A stretch of 64,000 bases of DNA from Wickerhamiella versatilis (taxonomy: Eukaryota), in contig JAQOWU010000007.1 of the NCBI GenBank assembly GCA_030867685.1, forward strand, positions 1,922,001 through 1,986,000, written 5' to 3'. A program made the translations under genes and the position numbers. The notes under the pieces were generated by a model, which did no database searches, was not told where the DNA came from, and saw only the letters and a program-made list of their open reading frames with translations. This document shows positions 46,483-56,980 of the stretch, one piece after another (the first letter of the stretch is position 1; the number at the start of each line of letters is the position of its first letter).

Positions 46483-46948
46483 TTCTTTTTGAAATCTACT
46501 GAATTTAGTTGCGCAACGTGCTATTATATGCTGCCACCGTATGATGTAATCAGGGTAGGGACATGGTCTTCGTTACGAGTGTGAATGCGAGGCCGGGTTC
46601 TGAGAACCCCAATAGTAGTCGGTCCTGGTGTGGCCATGGCAGATACAAATTTGTTGCTAAATACTATGACTGTTTAATAAAAAGGTGCTTATACAGATTA
46701 AATTCATCGACCCCTGCTGAAGGGTTAGCAAATAATAGGACCACGTCTTCCATAGAGCACGAGGTTAGGGCGGCGATTTTAAATCTTAATCTATCTATGG
46801 GTGTTGTTATGAATCCCAGGTCTTATTGCCGAGTTTTATCCCTATAATTATCGTCTTGGAGATTAATATCGTTGTCCATGGACATTCAACCGCATTGGCA
46901 CTGTACAACATATGGTTTGCTCTTTTGATTACATCATGGCTCGGCTAC

Positions 46949-46957
46949 ATCACGTGA
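46949..46957. promoter_or_regulatory. E-box ATCACGTGA (Tye7/Cbf1-type) upstream of enolase
   Basis: Exact motif about 470 bp upstream of the ENO start; bHLH control of glycolytic genes is known in yeasts. Confidence 0.4.
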
Positions 46958-47516
46958 AAGTGACGCATCGTTTATCATCGGCTAGAGACAAGACGACGAC
47001 AACGATGCTGACGTGTTCAAAAGATTTTTCATGATTAGCTTGCGAGACGAGGCTTGTGCTCGCTTCTTATAGAAAATAAATTCAATAAACAGTGTATGGC
47101 TGAAGTTAATTGGCGAGGTTATCAGTAAAACCTGCGACGCATCATTGGTTCATTTGACGATATAAGCTTGCGGTACACAAGTCTTTAGCGTTTTGTAAGT
47201 TAGAACCAAATTGCATTGTCATTTAGGATGTTATTTCCTCCGAGGGTCGTGCTTCAATGGACTGATTTGTGTAAGAATAAATAAATGAAAGGGACATCTG
47301 TCGAGCTAGTTTTTAGCCCACATAGCCACGGTCCTCGTAATTAATTTCCAGTCATTGCTCAGATAGTTTTACATCTACATAACTAATAGTTGCCAAATCA
47401 TTGAGATGGGAACCTTATGCTGTAAATACCATGTAAATATGTTAAAGGATGAGACAAGAATACCACCTTTCACCATATATGTCCTTGATAAAGCCATTGT
47501 ATAAAATTTGGGGCCA

Positions 47517-49034
47517 CTAATACTTCGGTGGGCTTCTAGTTGGTGATGGTGATAGTCTCGTCGGGGAATGGCTTAGCCAATTAGGAATATTACCGCGTTC
47601 AACTCGACCTTCATGCACGGGATGCATAACAAGTGTTGCACTGTGATTTTCCTCTGCAAGTTCAAGTCTCGGACGGAAGCGTCCCACGGGCTGGGTGAGG
47701 CTGCGATGGCGGGTTCTAAGGTGTTCTGCCGCCGCTGCAGCCACGGTGGGAGCTGGTGATGCCGGGACGCCCGGTACCATAGACAGTCTCGAACGAGGCG
47801 TCATGGGTGGCGTTGGAGATGGTGCCGAGTTCATTGGACCACCTAAGTTGATGTTGAATTCTGAACGTCGTCGTTTCGGTGTGACTTCATATTGATCACG
47901 AGGAACCACGGGCAAGGTAAAAGTGCTCCTGCTACGACCAAACCCCTGGAGTCGGGTCACCTGTGAACTAGAGGAAGGAGTTGGAGATAGTTGCGGTATT
48001 TTTGGTAAAGGTGTGCTTGGCGAACCAGCCCAATCTTGCGGAGGGGACCAACTAGCTCTGCTAGGGGCCCGGGACACTGGTGTCCCCTGATGAGAGTAAA
48101 ATGGGAGTGGGGACGACATTGAATCGCATTCTGTAAAATTGTTCATACCGGCAGCATTTGCTACAGCGCTAAGTGCTGCTTCTCGGGTGGGCGATGACTC
48201 GAGATGCCGAGATGGTAAAGTGGACGATACATTATCGCGCGTGGAATATAAATTTAGAAGACTCTCATGAGAAGATTGCTGTAGCATACGATTGCGATCC
48301 TTAGCACGTCGGTTCTGGAACCAGATCGTAACGCTCTTGAATTCTACCCCGGATCTACGGGACAGATCCTCTCTTGTCTCCTTGTCAGGTCTTGAATCTA
48401 TTTGAAAATGCGACTCTAGCAGCTCCGCCTGCGGACCGCTGATTCTTCTGCGTGGAGTATCTTTCTTTCGCCGTCCACTGCCTGCTGTGGATGGGGTCAC
48501 TGCCTGTGGGGTAGCTGTCGATCCTACCGGCCGCCCCTGTACAGGGGTGGCTGGGGGGTGCTTTGGAGCTGCAGCTACCGGTAAAGGCTCGCTCGGGGTC
48601 ACTTTGGGCCAGTCAAGGTCTGAAACCCCGAATGGAACCTCGGGTATAGTTTCGGATATCGGGAAGGCCGGTACTGCCCTTGGGTTCTTCACTGGTATAA
48701 ATGCAGGTTCTGCAGGAGGTATTGCCGCTACTGTATCGCTTCCAGAGGGAGTAGCTAATGCAGAATCTACATGTGGGGATTCCAGCACATCATCCAACGG
48801 GCTGAACTCGGGCCCCGGTACGGTATAATGTTGAAGGGAAGGCGGAACCAGGGGATGAAGAGCTGTTTCTGCATCCGAGAAATGCCTTTGATGAGATTTA
48901 CCCGCATTTCTGTGATTTATACCTTCACGTGTGCCGGGGTCCGGCATAGGCCAACCGGATGGAGGCAAATCCGTTAAAGGATCTAGGTTATCCCACCAGC
49001 TCTCAAACAGCTCATCACCACCAACATTTTCCAT
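47517..49034 (-). CDS. Homeodomain transcription factor (Yox1/Yhp1-like)
   Basis: PRRRISGPQAELLESHF..RPDKETREDLS..VTIWFQNRRAK, with many SP/TP sites. Confidence 0.85.
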   Translation of the reverse strand: MENVGGDELFESWWDNLDPLTDLPPSGWPMPDPGTREGINHRNAGKSHQRHFSDAETALHPLVPPSLQHYTVPGPEFSPLDDVLESPHVDSALATPSGSDTVAAIPPAEPAFIPVKNPRAVPAFPISETIPEVPFGVSDLDWPKVTPSEPLPVAAAPKHPPATPVQGRPVGSTATPQAVTPSTAGSGRRKKDTPRRRISGPQAELLESHFQIDSRPDKETREDLSRRSGVEFKSVTIWFQNRRAKDRNRMLQQSSHESLLNLYSTRDNVSSTLPSRHLESSPTREAALSAVANAAGMNNFTECDSMSSPLPFYSHQGTPVSRAPSRASWSPPQDWAGSPSTPLPKIPQLSPTPSSSSQVTRLQGFGRSRSTFTLPVVPRDQYEVTPKRRRSEFNINLGGPMNSAPSPTPPMTPRSRLSMVPGVPASPAPTVAAAAAEHLRTRHRSLTQPVGRFRPRLELAEENHSATLVMHPVHEGRVERGNIPNWLSHSPTRLSPSPTRSPPKY

Positions 49035-49911
49035 ATCAACCCAATAGTGAACAAACCTAAGCTTCAGTTGAAAACCCTGAGAACAGAGATCAGCTTCTCA
49101 AATAAACCTTACTGGGTAAGGGGAATAACCATTAAATTTCATTTGCTGTAATCGACAAAGGACTTCCCACCGGCAAGGGGCATGATTCAAATTATAAAAC
49201 TAATATTTAGCACCTTTTTATATGATCAGTCGGTCAGAATTTTCATTAGAGGCACATGCAAATCATAACGAGAGGATACGGCCCGTTGTTTAATAATGAT
49301 TCCACCCTGACCCCCAAGTGCCGAAACCTCCCGTGGGGTTAAAATAAAGCCGCACGAATAAGAAAATTAAAATAAGAGGCTTTTTATTACTGAAAAACAG
49401 CAAATACGAAACTTTTAAACAATTTTCAACTGGGCAATTTTGAATGACACTAGAAATTAGCTGATAGCCTCTATGCTACGAGGATTTCTAGTCGAGACGT
49501 AACACTTTTTAATTCCTCGGTAGCTCGAATACAATGCTTCATATTACCCGCCTGCCTGCCCGCACTTTTCCTACTGGCATCAAAGAACCACAGCAACTCG
49601 CGGGATTTGCTACACTCTTATATTTTTACAAATCTCTAATAAACCCTGATTCCCTGGCATCTAATTCTCTCCCCAAGTAGTTTGTTTCCTGTCTGATCCA
49701 TTACGAGGGAATAAAAATAATTATTGACAGCTGAACCATAATACAAGCTCATACCGCTGAAGTTGTATATTGTTAAGACAAGGTAAGCCTATTTTCTAAT
49801 TTCAAAGACAAATTGCATCAATTCAAAGCGTATCCCTTAGCTCGCTCGATTATTTGGTTTCTCTAAAGGACTACCTACAGATTAAGTAATTTTTTTATCA
49901 TTACTGAAGTT

Positions 49912-51597
49912 ATGAGCGAGAAAGAGGAATCAAGGTTCTCGGTGGTAGAACGTGATCCCCGGTTCAAGTTACCGAAGCAAAAGGCTTTACGCTCCGATAT
50001 CGATGATCGCTTTAAGCGTGCTTTGGAAACAGATGAACGTTTCACCTCAAAATCATCAATAGACCGCTATGGGCGACGAAACGAGCGAGAAGATGCTAAA
50101 GACAAGTTGGGAAGGTATTATAATATAGACAAGCGTCAAGCGATGCGTGGTGGAGGCATGTCAGACATTTCTTCATCTTCTGATAGCGATTCTTCTGACG
50201 ACGAGTCGGATGAGGAAGATATTGAAGGTGAATTGGAGCGTCAAGTTGATGAATACGCCAAAATTCGAGGTCCTGAAGTACCTACGGGAAGTGAGACCCC
50301 CAGGCTTGCGGCTGTAAATATGGATTGGGATAATATTACTTCAACTGATTTAATGGCAGCATTGTCAAGCTTCGTTCCTTCAGGAAGGCGTATAGTTAGT
50401 GTGAAAATATATCCCAGCGAATATGGGAAACAGGAAATGCAAAAGGAGGATTTACAGGGCCCTGCAAAAGAACTTTTTGATCACGACGATGATGCGGCAA
50501 CTGACAGCGATAACGAAAGGCAGGACCAGGATTACTCGAGCTCAAAGCTACGTAGATATCAACTACAACGACTCCAATATTATTATGCTGTTGTAGAGTG
50601 TGACAGTGTTGGCACTGCCTCTGTAATTTATTCGAAAGTTGACGGCTCCGAGTACGAATCTACGGCAAACTATTTCGATTTGCGATTCATCCCTGACGAT
50701 GTTGAGTTCAATGAGACACCACGTGATGAGTGTAACCATGTACCAGGTAACTATACGCCACAAGAATTCAGCACAGATGCTCTCCAGCACTCGAAGGTCA
50801 AATTGACGTGGGACCAGACCCCTAAGGAACGTGCGACAATATCCCAGCGTGCTTTCAACAAAAATGACTTGGAGGAATTAGACTTGAGGGCTTATCTTGC
50901 TAGTGACTCTGATTCGGACACCCAAGACACGACAGATAAATATAAAGCGCTAATTGGAGGAGATCAACCTTCAGAAGATAGTGATACTGGCATGGAAATA
51001 ACATTCAACCCAGCATTGGAGGGAGCAAGTGCGAATATCCAAATTCAAGAGCCGGAGAGTACATCTAAGGCAAGCGAAAACCAGCCAGAAAGCAATCTTA
51101 CGACGATAGAACGCTACAAGCTTAAAGAGAAAGAAAGACGACAAAGACGTATCGAGCGAGCTAAGGCGCATCGTGATGAAAGCAACACTGAACAGAGTAA
51201 GGATAATAACCGCGCTGAACTTGAGCTTATGGCAGTTGATGATGACATTTTACATATGCATCCAGAGGGTCAACGAACTGAAAATGCGTCAGGAAAAAGT
51301 GCCAAAAAGACACTCAGAAGGTCAAAGAAGGAGGCCGAACGGGATTTGGAGAATGAGTTCGATACTAAGGATCCCCGTTTTCAGGGTCTATTTGAGGATC
51401 CTGATTTTGCTGTGGATGCTTCAGCTCCTCAATTCAAGCGTACAAAGGCCATGGATCAAGTTGTTGAGGAACGTCGCAGGCGACAAAATACCTCTAGTGC
51501 TAGCGAGCCGAAGCCAAAGAAAGCTAAAGTTAATTCGAAACCCGCAATGGACACAAACCAGTTGATTGCAAAGCTCAAGCAAAAAAATAGACGTTAA
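49912..51597 (+). CDS. ESF1: Pre-rRNA processing protein Esf1
   Basis: DPRF, IDRYGR, RLAAVNMDWD, LRRYQLQRLQYYYAVVEC, FDLRFIPD and NUC153-like DPRFQGLFEDPDFAVD. Confidence 0.95.
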   Translation: MSEKEESRFSVVERDPRFKLPKQKALRSDIDDRFKRALETDERFTSKSSIDRYGRRNEREDAKDKLGRYYNIDKRQAMRGGGMSDISSSSDSDSSDDESDEEDIEGELERQVDEYAKIRGPEVPTGSETPRLAAVNMDWDNITSTDLMAALSSFVPSGRRIVSVKIYPSEYGKQEMQKEDLQGPAKELFDHDDDAATDSDNERQDQDYSSSKLRRYQLQRLQYYYAVVECDSVGTASVIYSKVDGSEYESTANYFDLRFIPDDVEFNETPRDECNHVPGNYTPQEFSTDALQHSKVKLTWDQTPKERATISQRAFNKNDLEELDLRAYLASDSDSDTQDTTDKYKALIGGDQPSEDSDTGMEITFNPALEGASANIQIQEPESTSKASENQPESNLTTIERYKLKEKERRQRRIERAKAHRDESNTEQSKDNNRAELELMAVDDDILHMHPEGQRTENASGKSAKKTLRRSKKEAERDLENEFDTKDPRFQGLFEDPDFAVDASAPQFKRTKAMDQVVEERRRRQNTSSASEPKPKKAKVNSKPAMDTNQLIAKLKQKNRR

Positions 51598-51611
51598 TAA
51601 AATTAAGATTA

Positions 51612-52016
51612 TTACTCCTCGATAGCATACTGTACTAGAATCCAAATACTACATCCGCTGCATTGCACAGCTATTTCATCTGCATCACCATTAGCTTCAA
51701 GGTCATCTTCAGTTAATATATACCCGGTAGCTCCACACCGGCATTGTCGACTGAAAACACTACCATTGACAGCGAACTCACCAAGGTCTACCACCTCATT
51801 AAAATAAACTGGTAGCTCTTCTTTTAACTCCGTTTCTTGAGAATCCATCACCTGCCGGTAGGCCTGGTTCACATCGTCTATGGTATAGATGGTCTCATGA
51901 GATAGATTCTTGTCTGGATGATTAGACAGAAGAGTTCTCCTATATGCCCTTTTGATTTCTGAAGGCTCGGCCCCGCGCACTGTCCCAAGAACCTTGTATG
52001 GATCTGTCCATGGCAT
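51612..52016 (-). CDS. JJJ3: J-domain/CSL zinc-finger protein (diphthamide biosynthesis, Dph4)
   Basis: DPYKVLG..IKRAYR..HPDK plus CRCG...CSGCSIWI. Confidence 0.9.
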   Translation of the reverse strand: MPWTDPYKVLGTVRGAEPSEIKRAYRRTLLSNHPDKNLSHETIYTIDDVNQAYRQVMDSQETELKEELPVYFNEVVDLGEFAVNGSVFSRQCRCGATGYILTEDDLEANGDADEIAVQCSGCSIWILVQYAIEE

Positions 52017-52341
52017 AAAGTTCCTCAGTTGACTAACCGATCTGTTGAGCTGATAGCTGATAATATTCTGCTGAAATATGACAACATACCTAGGCGAATG
52101 ATGAGATAAAGACACGTTATTTCAGTAAACACTCTCTGTAAATCCTCTGTGTTTTAGATATACGGTCCAAGAAATCTCATTTAGTTGGGAACCCATCTAG
52201 ATCTCCAGATGCCCATGAATCACCTAAATATTGATTGATAGGAAGCTATGTTTATTCTAAAAGTAATGCAAGTAGGCCCAACAGCGTGAAATGACGCTCA
52301 AAATAACTTAAAGCTAGTGCAAGTTATTTACTTAAAGGGTA

Positions 52342-52917
52342 CTAGCTTTCTCCAACCAAATCAGTAAATTCAGAATAGGTCATCGAATATTTTGCGCCCG
52401 GATATCGCTCTACAACTGCACCATTCGGATTTTTGGCCCCCGCCTTCAATGCCAAATGCCATAGCGTCTCCTCCTTATTCCATCCTTGCTCCACTGGGAC
52501 TTCTGGTAAGAAAGTTGCTGATTTTCCCCCAGAGAAATTGGCTACTATGCCATGTTTTCCTAAAACCCAATCCATTGCATGATCGCAAGGTACACGTTGG
52601 CCGAGAATGGTTATGTCGACTGAGAGCTTCGAAAATTCACTTTCACGGATTGGCAAAAACCGTGTATCCTCGAATGCGGCTATATTAGAGTACTCTCTGA
52701 TACCACTTTCGAGCGGCTGTGGAGCAAATGTACCAATACATCCACGCAGGTCTCTTCTCTTCATCCAGGTAACAAAGAGTGCTGTCCTTGACGGCAAAAC
52801 CACCGTTGATGGATCCAATTTCCTCAGAGCTTCGAAATTCCCAGCACTACCAATTCCCAGCGAATGTCGAAGCTCACAAAATGCGAGAGCAGGTAAACTC
52901 AATACCCGATCACTCAT
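52342..52917 (-). CDS. AMMECR1-family protein (YOR289W-like)
   Basis: LFVTW..LRGCIGTF, AAFEDTRF, GKHGI and SATFLPEVPVEQGW. Confidence 0.92.
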   Translation of the reverse strand: MSDRVLSLPALAFCELRHSLGIGSAGNFEALRKLDPSTVVLPSRTALFVTWMKRRDLRGCIGTFAPQPLESGIREYSNIAAFEDTRFLPIRESEFSKLSVDITILGQRVPCDHAMDWVLGKHGIVANFSGGKSATFLPEVPVEQGWNKEETLWHLALKAGAKNPNGAVVERYPGAKYSMTYSEFTDLVGES

Positions 52918-52969
52918 GGCTTACTTACTTATCCTCTGACTGATCTGATAGGAATTTGCCCCCGAAATT

Positions 52970-53548
52970 ATGGGAGCGATTTTACGTACTGGTCTGCATT
53001 CTGGTCTTTTGACGCTCGAGGAAGCTGCGGTACTATTATCAGCACATCCTGACCTTTCCCTGGATTTGCGTAGTGAAAAAACCATCTCTCTGTGTAAACT
53101 ATTTGCAAAATCAAGAGACCCAGCAGACACTAGTGAACTCATTAATCTAATTCCTTCTAATGCACGGTTTTCTTTAGCTTTGGGACTAGAATTAAATGAT
53201 GAATCGCCATTCAGATCAGAGGATCTGACCTACATCTCAACTGTTTATCAAAAACTGCCGCCCACCGTAAAAAAAGGTATTGTTGACTGCTCCTTCCCGC
53301 GGCTTAAGCAGATTTCAGAAGTTTTGGATATCGACTATTGTCAAATCAATGAAGCCATGTGCTTTTCGCTTCCCATTCAACTCCTGGATTTCGCCCGAAG
53401 TAAAAATATTGATATCCTGGTACACCAGGATCCTAAGCATATATCGGACCTTTTAGAGCCATGTTGGAAAGGTCTCTTACGGAAGACTATTATTTATCCT
53501 CAGCAGCAAATCATTGCTGCTACAGAGTTCGCGGTAGTACTTTCTTAA
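52970..53548 (+). CDS. Glutamate-cysteine ligase modifier subunit-like (AKR fold)
   Basis: GIVDCSFPRLKQI..CQIN..CFSLPIQLLDFARSKNIDILVHQDP resembles the GCLM segment NQVNLASCCVMPPDLTAFAKQFDIQLLTHNDP; N-terminal ILRTG. Confidence 0.68.
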   Translation: MGAILRTGLHSGLLTLEEAAVLLSAHPDLSLDLRSEKTISLCKLFAKSRDPADTSELINLIPSNARFSLALGLELNDESPFRSEDLTYISTVYQKLPPTVKKGIVDCSFPRLKQISEVLDIDYCQINEAMCFSLPIQLLDFARSKNIDILVHQDPKHISDLLEPCWKGLLRKTIIYPQQQIIAATEFAVVLS

Positions 53549-53855
53549 GCCAAACGCTATCTTAAACACCGATTGGCTCGTTTCATTGATGAATGGGTAT
53601 TATCTTTTTTTTTAATCTTAAAAACTATCGTGCTTCTTTGTTACTTCTGTATTTTTAAGAATAGTCAATGATATTTTTCTTTCTTTTTGAAATGGCCAAC
53701 CAATAGTTCGCACCCAATATAAGCTTGTGACAGTATGTAAAGAGCTCCAATATGTGGATTTAATTGATGTAATTGTGTGATATTGAATGTTTTGTCTTTT
53801 TCCTGTTGTCCTCAAAACACGATTGTAGAGAGCTGGATATAGTCCAAGTAGTGAT

Positions 53856-53863
53856 TCACGTGA
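53856..53863. promoter_or_regulatory. TCACGTGA Cbf1-type site upstream of MXR1
   Basis: Palindrome about 50 bp before the ATG, with a second partial site GTCACGTA about 30 bp further on. Confidence 0.45.
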
Positions 53864-53912
53864 TAAGACATAGTCTGATGGCGTAGTCACGTAATATATC
53901 ATAAAACTTATT

Positions 53913-54452
53913 ATGGGCCAAATTAGTCCAAAGTTGGCAAAGAGCCTCACACCGCCATTTGAGTTGGCAACATTTGCAGCTGGATGCTTCTGGGGAGTTG
54001 AGCATATATTTAACAAATATATGGGTCATGGGAAAGGAATCATAGATACTGCGGTTGGATATAGTGGTGGCGACAAGTCGAATCCTTCGTACCGCGAAGT
54101 TTGCACGGGCAGCACACACCATGCTGAGGCACTTCAGGTGCTTTTTGACCCTTCAAAGGTGTCGTATGAACACTTGGTTGACTTTTTCTTTCGCATACAT
54201 GATCCAACCCAACTCAATCGCCAGGGTCCTGACCTCGGTACACAGTACCGTTCTGCTGTTTTTACCATGAATCAGACACAGCAGAACAATGCTGAGGCGG
54301 TTAAGCAGCAATTCCAAAAACGCTATACCGATCGCATTGTCACTGAAGTCTTGCCAATTGTAAATTGGTTTGACGCAGAGGATTATCATCAGCATTACTT
54401 GGTGAAGAACCCAGATGGATACGAATGCCCAACCCATTATTTGCGATCTTAA
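53913..54452 (+). CDS. MXR1: Peptide methionine sulfoxide reductase MsrA
   Basis: AAGCFWGVE, YREVCTG, RQGPDLGTQYRS and AEDYHQHYL. Confidence 0.97.
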   Translation: MGQISPKLAKSLTPPFELATFAAGCFWGVEHIFNKYMGHGKGIIDTAVGYSGGDKSNPSYREVCTGSTHHAEALQVLFDPSKVSYEHLVDFFFRIHDPTQLNRQGPDLGTQYRSAVFTMNQTQQNNAEAVKQQFQKRYTDRIVTEVLPIVNWFDAEDYHQHYLVKNPDGYECPTHYLRS

Positions 54453-54630
54453 ATGCTAAAGACTTGAAACCCTTCTACTTTCTAGTTATTGTTATGGATT
54501 GGTCTTTGGTTAATTGACTCGATAGACAGTATTATTTTGACCAATTTACTTGTACGTAAAATATAGATCTAACAATTCAGTTAGTGTTACAGAAGCTAGC
54601 TTCAGTAAGTGTGTTACTAAGCTGAAAATT

Positions 54631-55743
54631 ATGGCGAGCCTAAAGGAATTCGACCTTACTGAGAAGGTCGCGCCATTTCTTGACCCGCAGCTTGCCTTGC
54701 TTCTCTTGGATTTCCAGGATTCAAGAGCTCTGTTCAAGCCAGAAGAGCTTAATGCTTTGAGGGTTGATGCTCTAGCCACCACTCGTCGCTCGGATGATCT
54801 AGCGAAATGTGGAGGAAGCCCAGAACAAATAAATGCCTCCAATAGCCTGGAGATCGAACCCGCAGAGTCTGAAGAGTATGCTTTTTATCTTTATAGTCGT
54901 GGAGAGTGGGCTAAGTCGAAGGAGGTTGCAGAAAAGCTTCCTCAAACGGAACGGCTCCTTTGGGGAAAGCTGGCGATCGCCATTCTCGAAAAGAACTCCA
55001 CTGAAGCCGCTAACCTCTTCTCTAAGCTTGATGAGCAAATAGAACGTCCTGAAGCGCTTGGCCAGTTGACGTCACGAGCTTGGTTGGCTCACTGGAGTTT
55101 ATTCGTATTCCTCACCTTGGGTGATGGATCTGGTCCCGAGAAACTTGCAGACTTGCTCTTTCAGTCCCCTTACATGAGCACTGTACAAGCAGCATGCCCG
55201 TGGATTCTTCGTTACCTGGTCGTCGCTGTGCTTGTTAGTCCTACAACGTCACGATATAATAATCGCCGTATTAAGGAGCTTGTTCGTGTCATTCAACAAG
55301 AGTTATATGAATTCAGTGATCCTGTTATCGATTTTGTACAAGCGTTGTTCGTCAATTACGAGTTCGATGGTATTGCTCAAAAGTTGAACTTAGCTTTGCG
55401 GGTTCTTGAAAATGACTATTTTGCTTCGCAATACAGTGATAAATTGCGTGAAACTGCGTATACACTGGGTGCAGACTTGTTGCTGCGCATTCACGATCGG
55501 CTACCTATTGAGACTTTGGGTAAAGTGCTCGGCCTAGAGGCTCCAAATGATTTTGTACAACGCTTTTTGGAATCGCGTCCAGATATAATCCAAGAGGGTA
55601 ATACATTACAGCAGTCGCATCCAAGACCAACTATTCATCAGATTGTCGCTGAAAAGACTAAGGCGCTCGACCAGCGTATACATCAGCTGGAGGTCCAAAC
55701 GCAGACAAAACATGAAACTTCACATGACCAGGTACAGGAGTAA
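54631..55743 (+). CDS. INT6: Translation initiation factor eIF3 subunit e (Int6)
   Basis: FDLTEKVAPFLDPQL, LWGKLA, RAWLAHWSLFVF, VQAACPWILRY and IQQELYEFSDP. Confidence 0.9.
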   Translation: MASLKEFDLTEKVAPFLDPQLALLLLDFQDSRALFKPEELNALRVDALATTRRSDDLAKCGGSPEQINASNSLEIEPAESEEYAFYLYSRGEWAKSKEVAEKLPQTERLLWGKLAIAILEKNSTEAANLFSKLDEQIERPEALGQLTSRAWLAHWSLFVFLTLGDGSGPEKLADLLFQSPYMSTVQAACPWILRYLVVAVLVSPTTSRYNNRRIKELVRVIQQELYEFSDPVIDFVQALFVNYEFDGIAQKLNLALRVLENDYFASQYSDKLRETAYTLGADLLLRIHDRLPIETLGKVLGLEAPNDFVQRFLESRPDIIQEGNTLQQSHPRPTIHQIVAEKTKALDQRIHQLEVQTQTKHETSHDQVQE

Positions 55744-55911
55744 GCTTAACGCAATATCTTATATACACATTTAGGCTGTGTCTGTGGGCATCATCAATTT
55801 TTCCGTTTTTTACACGTAAAAATCCCTTCTCCGAATGCCTGTATTGAAACATTAGGAGGTCAGTTAAATCCACTAAGAAACAAGAGTAAATTAGATGTTT
55901 ATATCTACTGC

Positions 55912-56980
55912 TTACAGAGATTGCATGACTTGCCAGGCACGAATGTTGTTGTCGTTGTAGCCGGCGAAAAGAACCTGGCCATCTGCAGACCATGAGAGGG
56001 ACAGAGGCGCAGGTTCCTTGGAAGAGGTGTAGATCTCTGGGCGCAGCTCCTCGAGTACCACACGCTCTTGCAAGTCGTAGATCTTGATGGAAGAGTGGGT
56101 CGCAGCAGCAAGCCAGTAGCGAGATGGGGAGAATGCGAGAGCATTCACCTCCTCGCCACCAGGAAGAGAGTACATGAACTGCGATGGGGAGACGGACCAC
56201 ATGTAGATGACACCGTCCTTGCCAGCTGATGCACAAAGGGTTCCATCTGGTGCAAGAGTTACGCAAGATACGTATCCCTCGTGACCGACGAAGTCTGCTA
56301 GAAGGGAAGCCTTGGCGATATCCCATACCTGTAAAGTTAGCATCTGGATCAGAGATCTTGGTGGTTTGATGGGCTTCATTGCCGCAGCTTGCGACTCGGA
56401 AGTAGCAAAAATAGATAACATCGTCACCTCCATTGTCTTTGTTAGTACTTACCTTTACCAATTTGTCGTGGCCAGCGCTGATGATCTTGAACTCATCAAG
56501 GTGAGGAGTGATTCTCACGGAAGAGACCCAGTCCGAGTGAGCGTGGGCACCCTCGATGGTGTAGAGGGTGTCACCGATGACGTTCCAGACCTTGATGGTC
56601 TTGTCACGAGAGCCAGATACGACCATACGGTTGTCACTGGCGAAATCGCATGACAAGACGTCACCGGTGTGGCCTACGAACCTCTGAGAGGAGCCATCGT
56701 TCAGATCCCAGAGACGAAGAGTCTTATCCCAAGAGGCTGAGATAACGTAGCAGCCATCCTGAGAGATAGAAACATCCTCGACGATGTGGGAGTGTCCACG
56801 GAGCGAGCGCTTGGCATGAGCATATTCCTCCTCGCTATCAGGAGTAAGTTGCCAGACCATAACAGTCTTGTCACGAGAACCCGAGATGAGAACATCTGGG
56901 CTCTGTGCACATGTTGAGAGGGAAGTAACCCACCCGTTGTGGCCTTCAAGCGTGCCGCGAAGCTGTAGTGTCTCGACCAT
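55912..56980 (-). CDS. ASC1: RACK1 WD40 ribosomal protein; exons 56980-56453 and 56328-55912 (314 aa)
   Basis: LRGTLEGHNGWVTS, GSRDKT, GHSHIV and SWDKTLRLWDL. Splicing joins HDKLVK|VWD in frame to DGTLCASAGKDG...SPSRYWL. Confidence 0.96.
56329..56452 (-). other. 124-nt spliceosomal intron of ASC1
   Basis: 5' GTAAGT, branch point GCTAAC and 3' TTTACAG; removal restores RACK1. Confidence 0.93.
56346..56431 (-). ncRNA. snR24: Intronic box C/D snoRNA U24
   Basis: GGA..TCC terminal stem, C-like GTGACGA, guide TTTGCTACTT plus D' CCGA, C'-like ATGAAG, guide ACCACCAAGATC plus D box CTGA. Guides and host intron match yeast snR24 as recalled. Confidence 0.9.
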
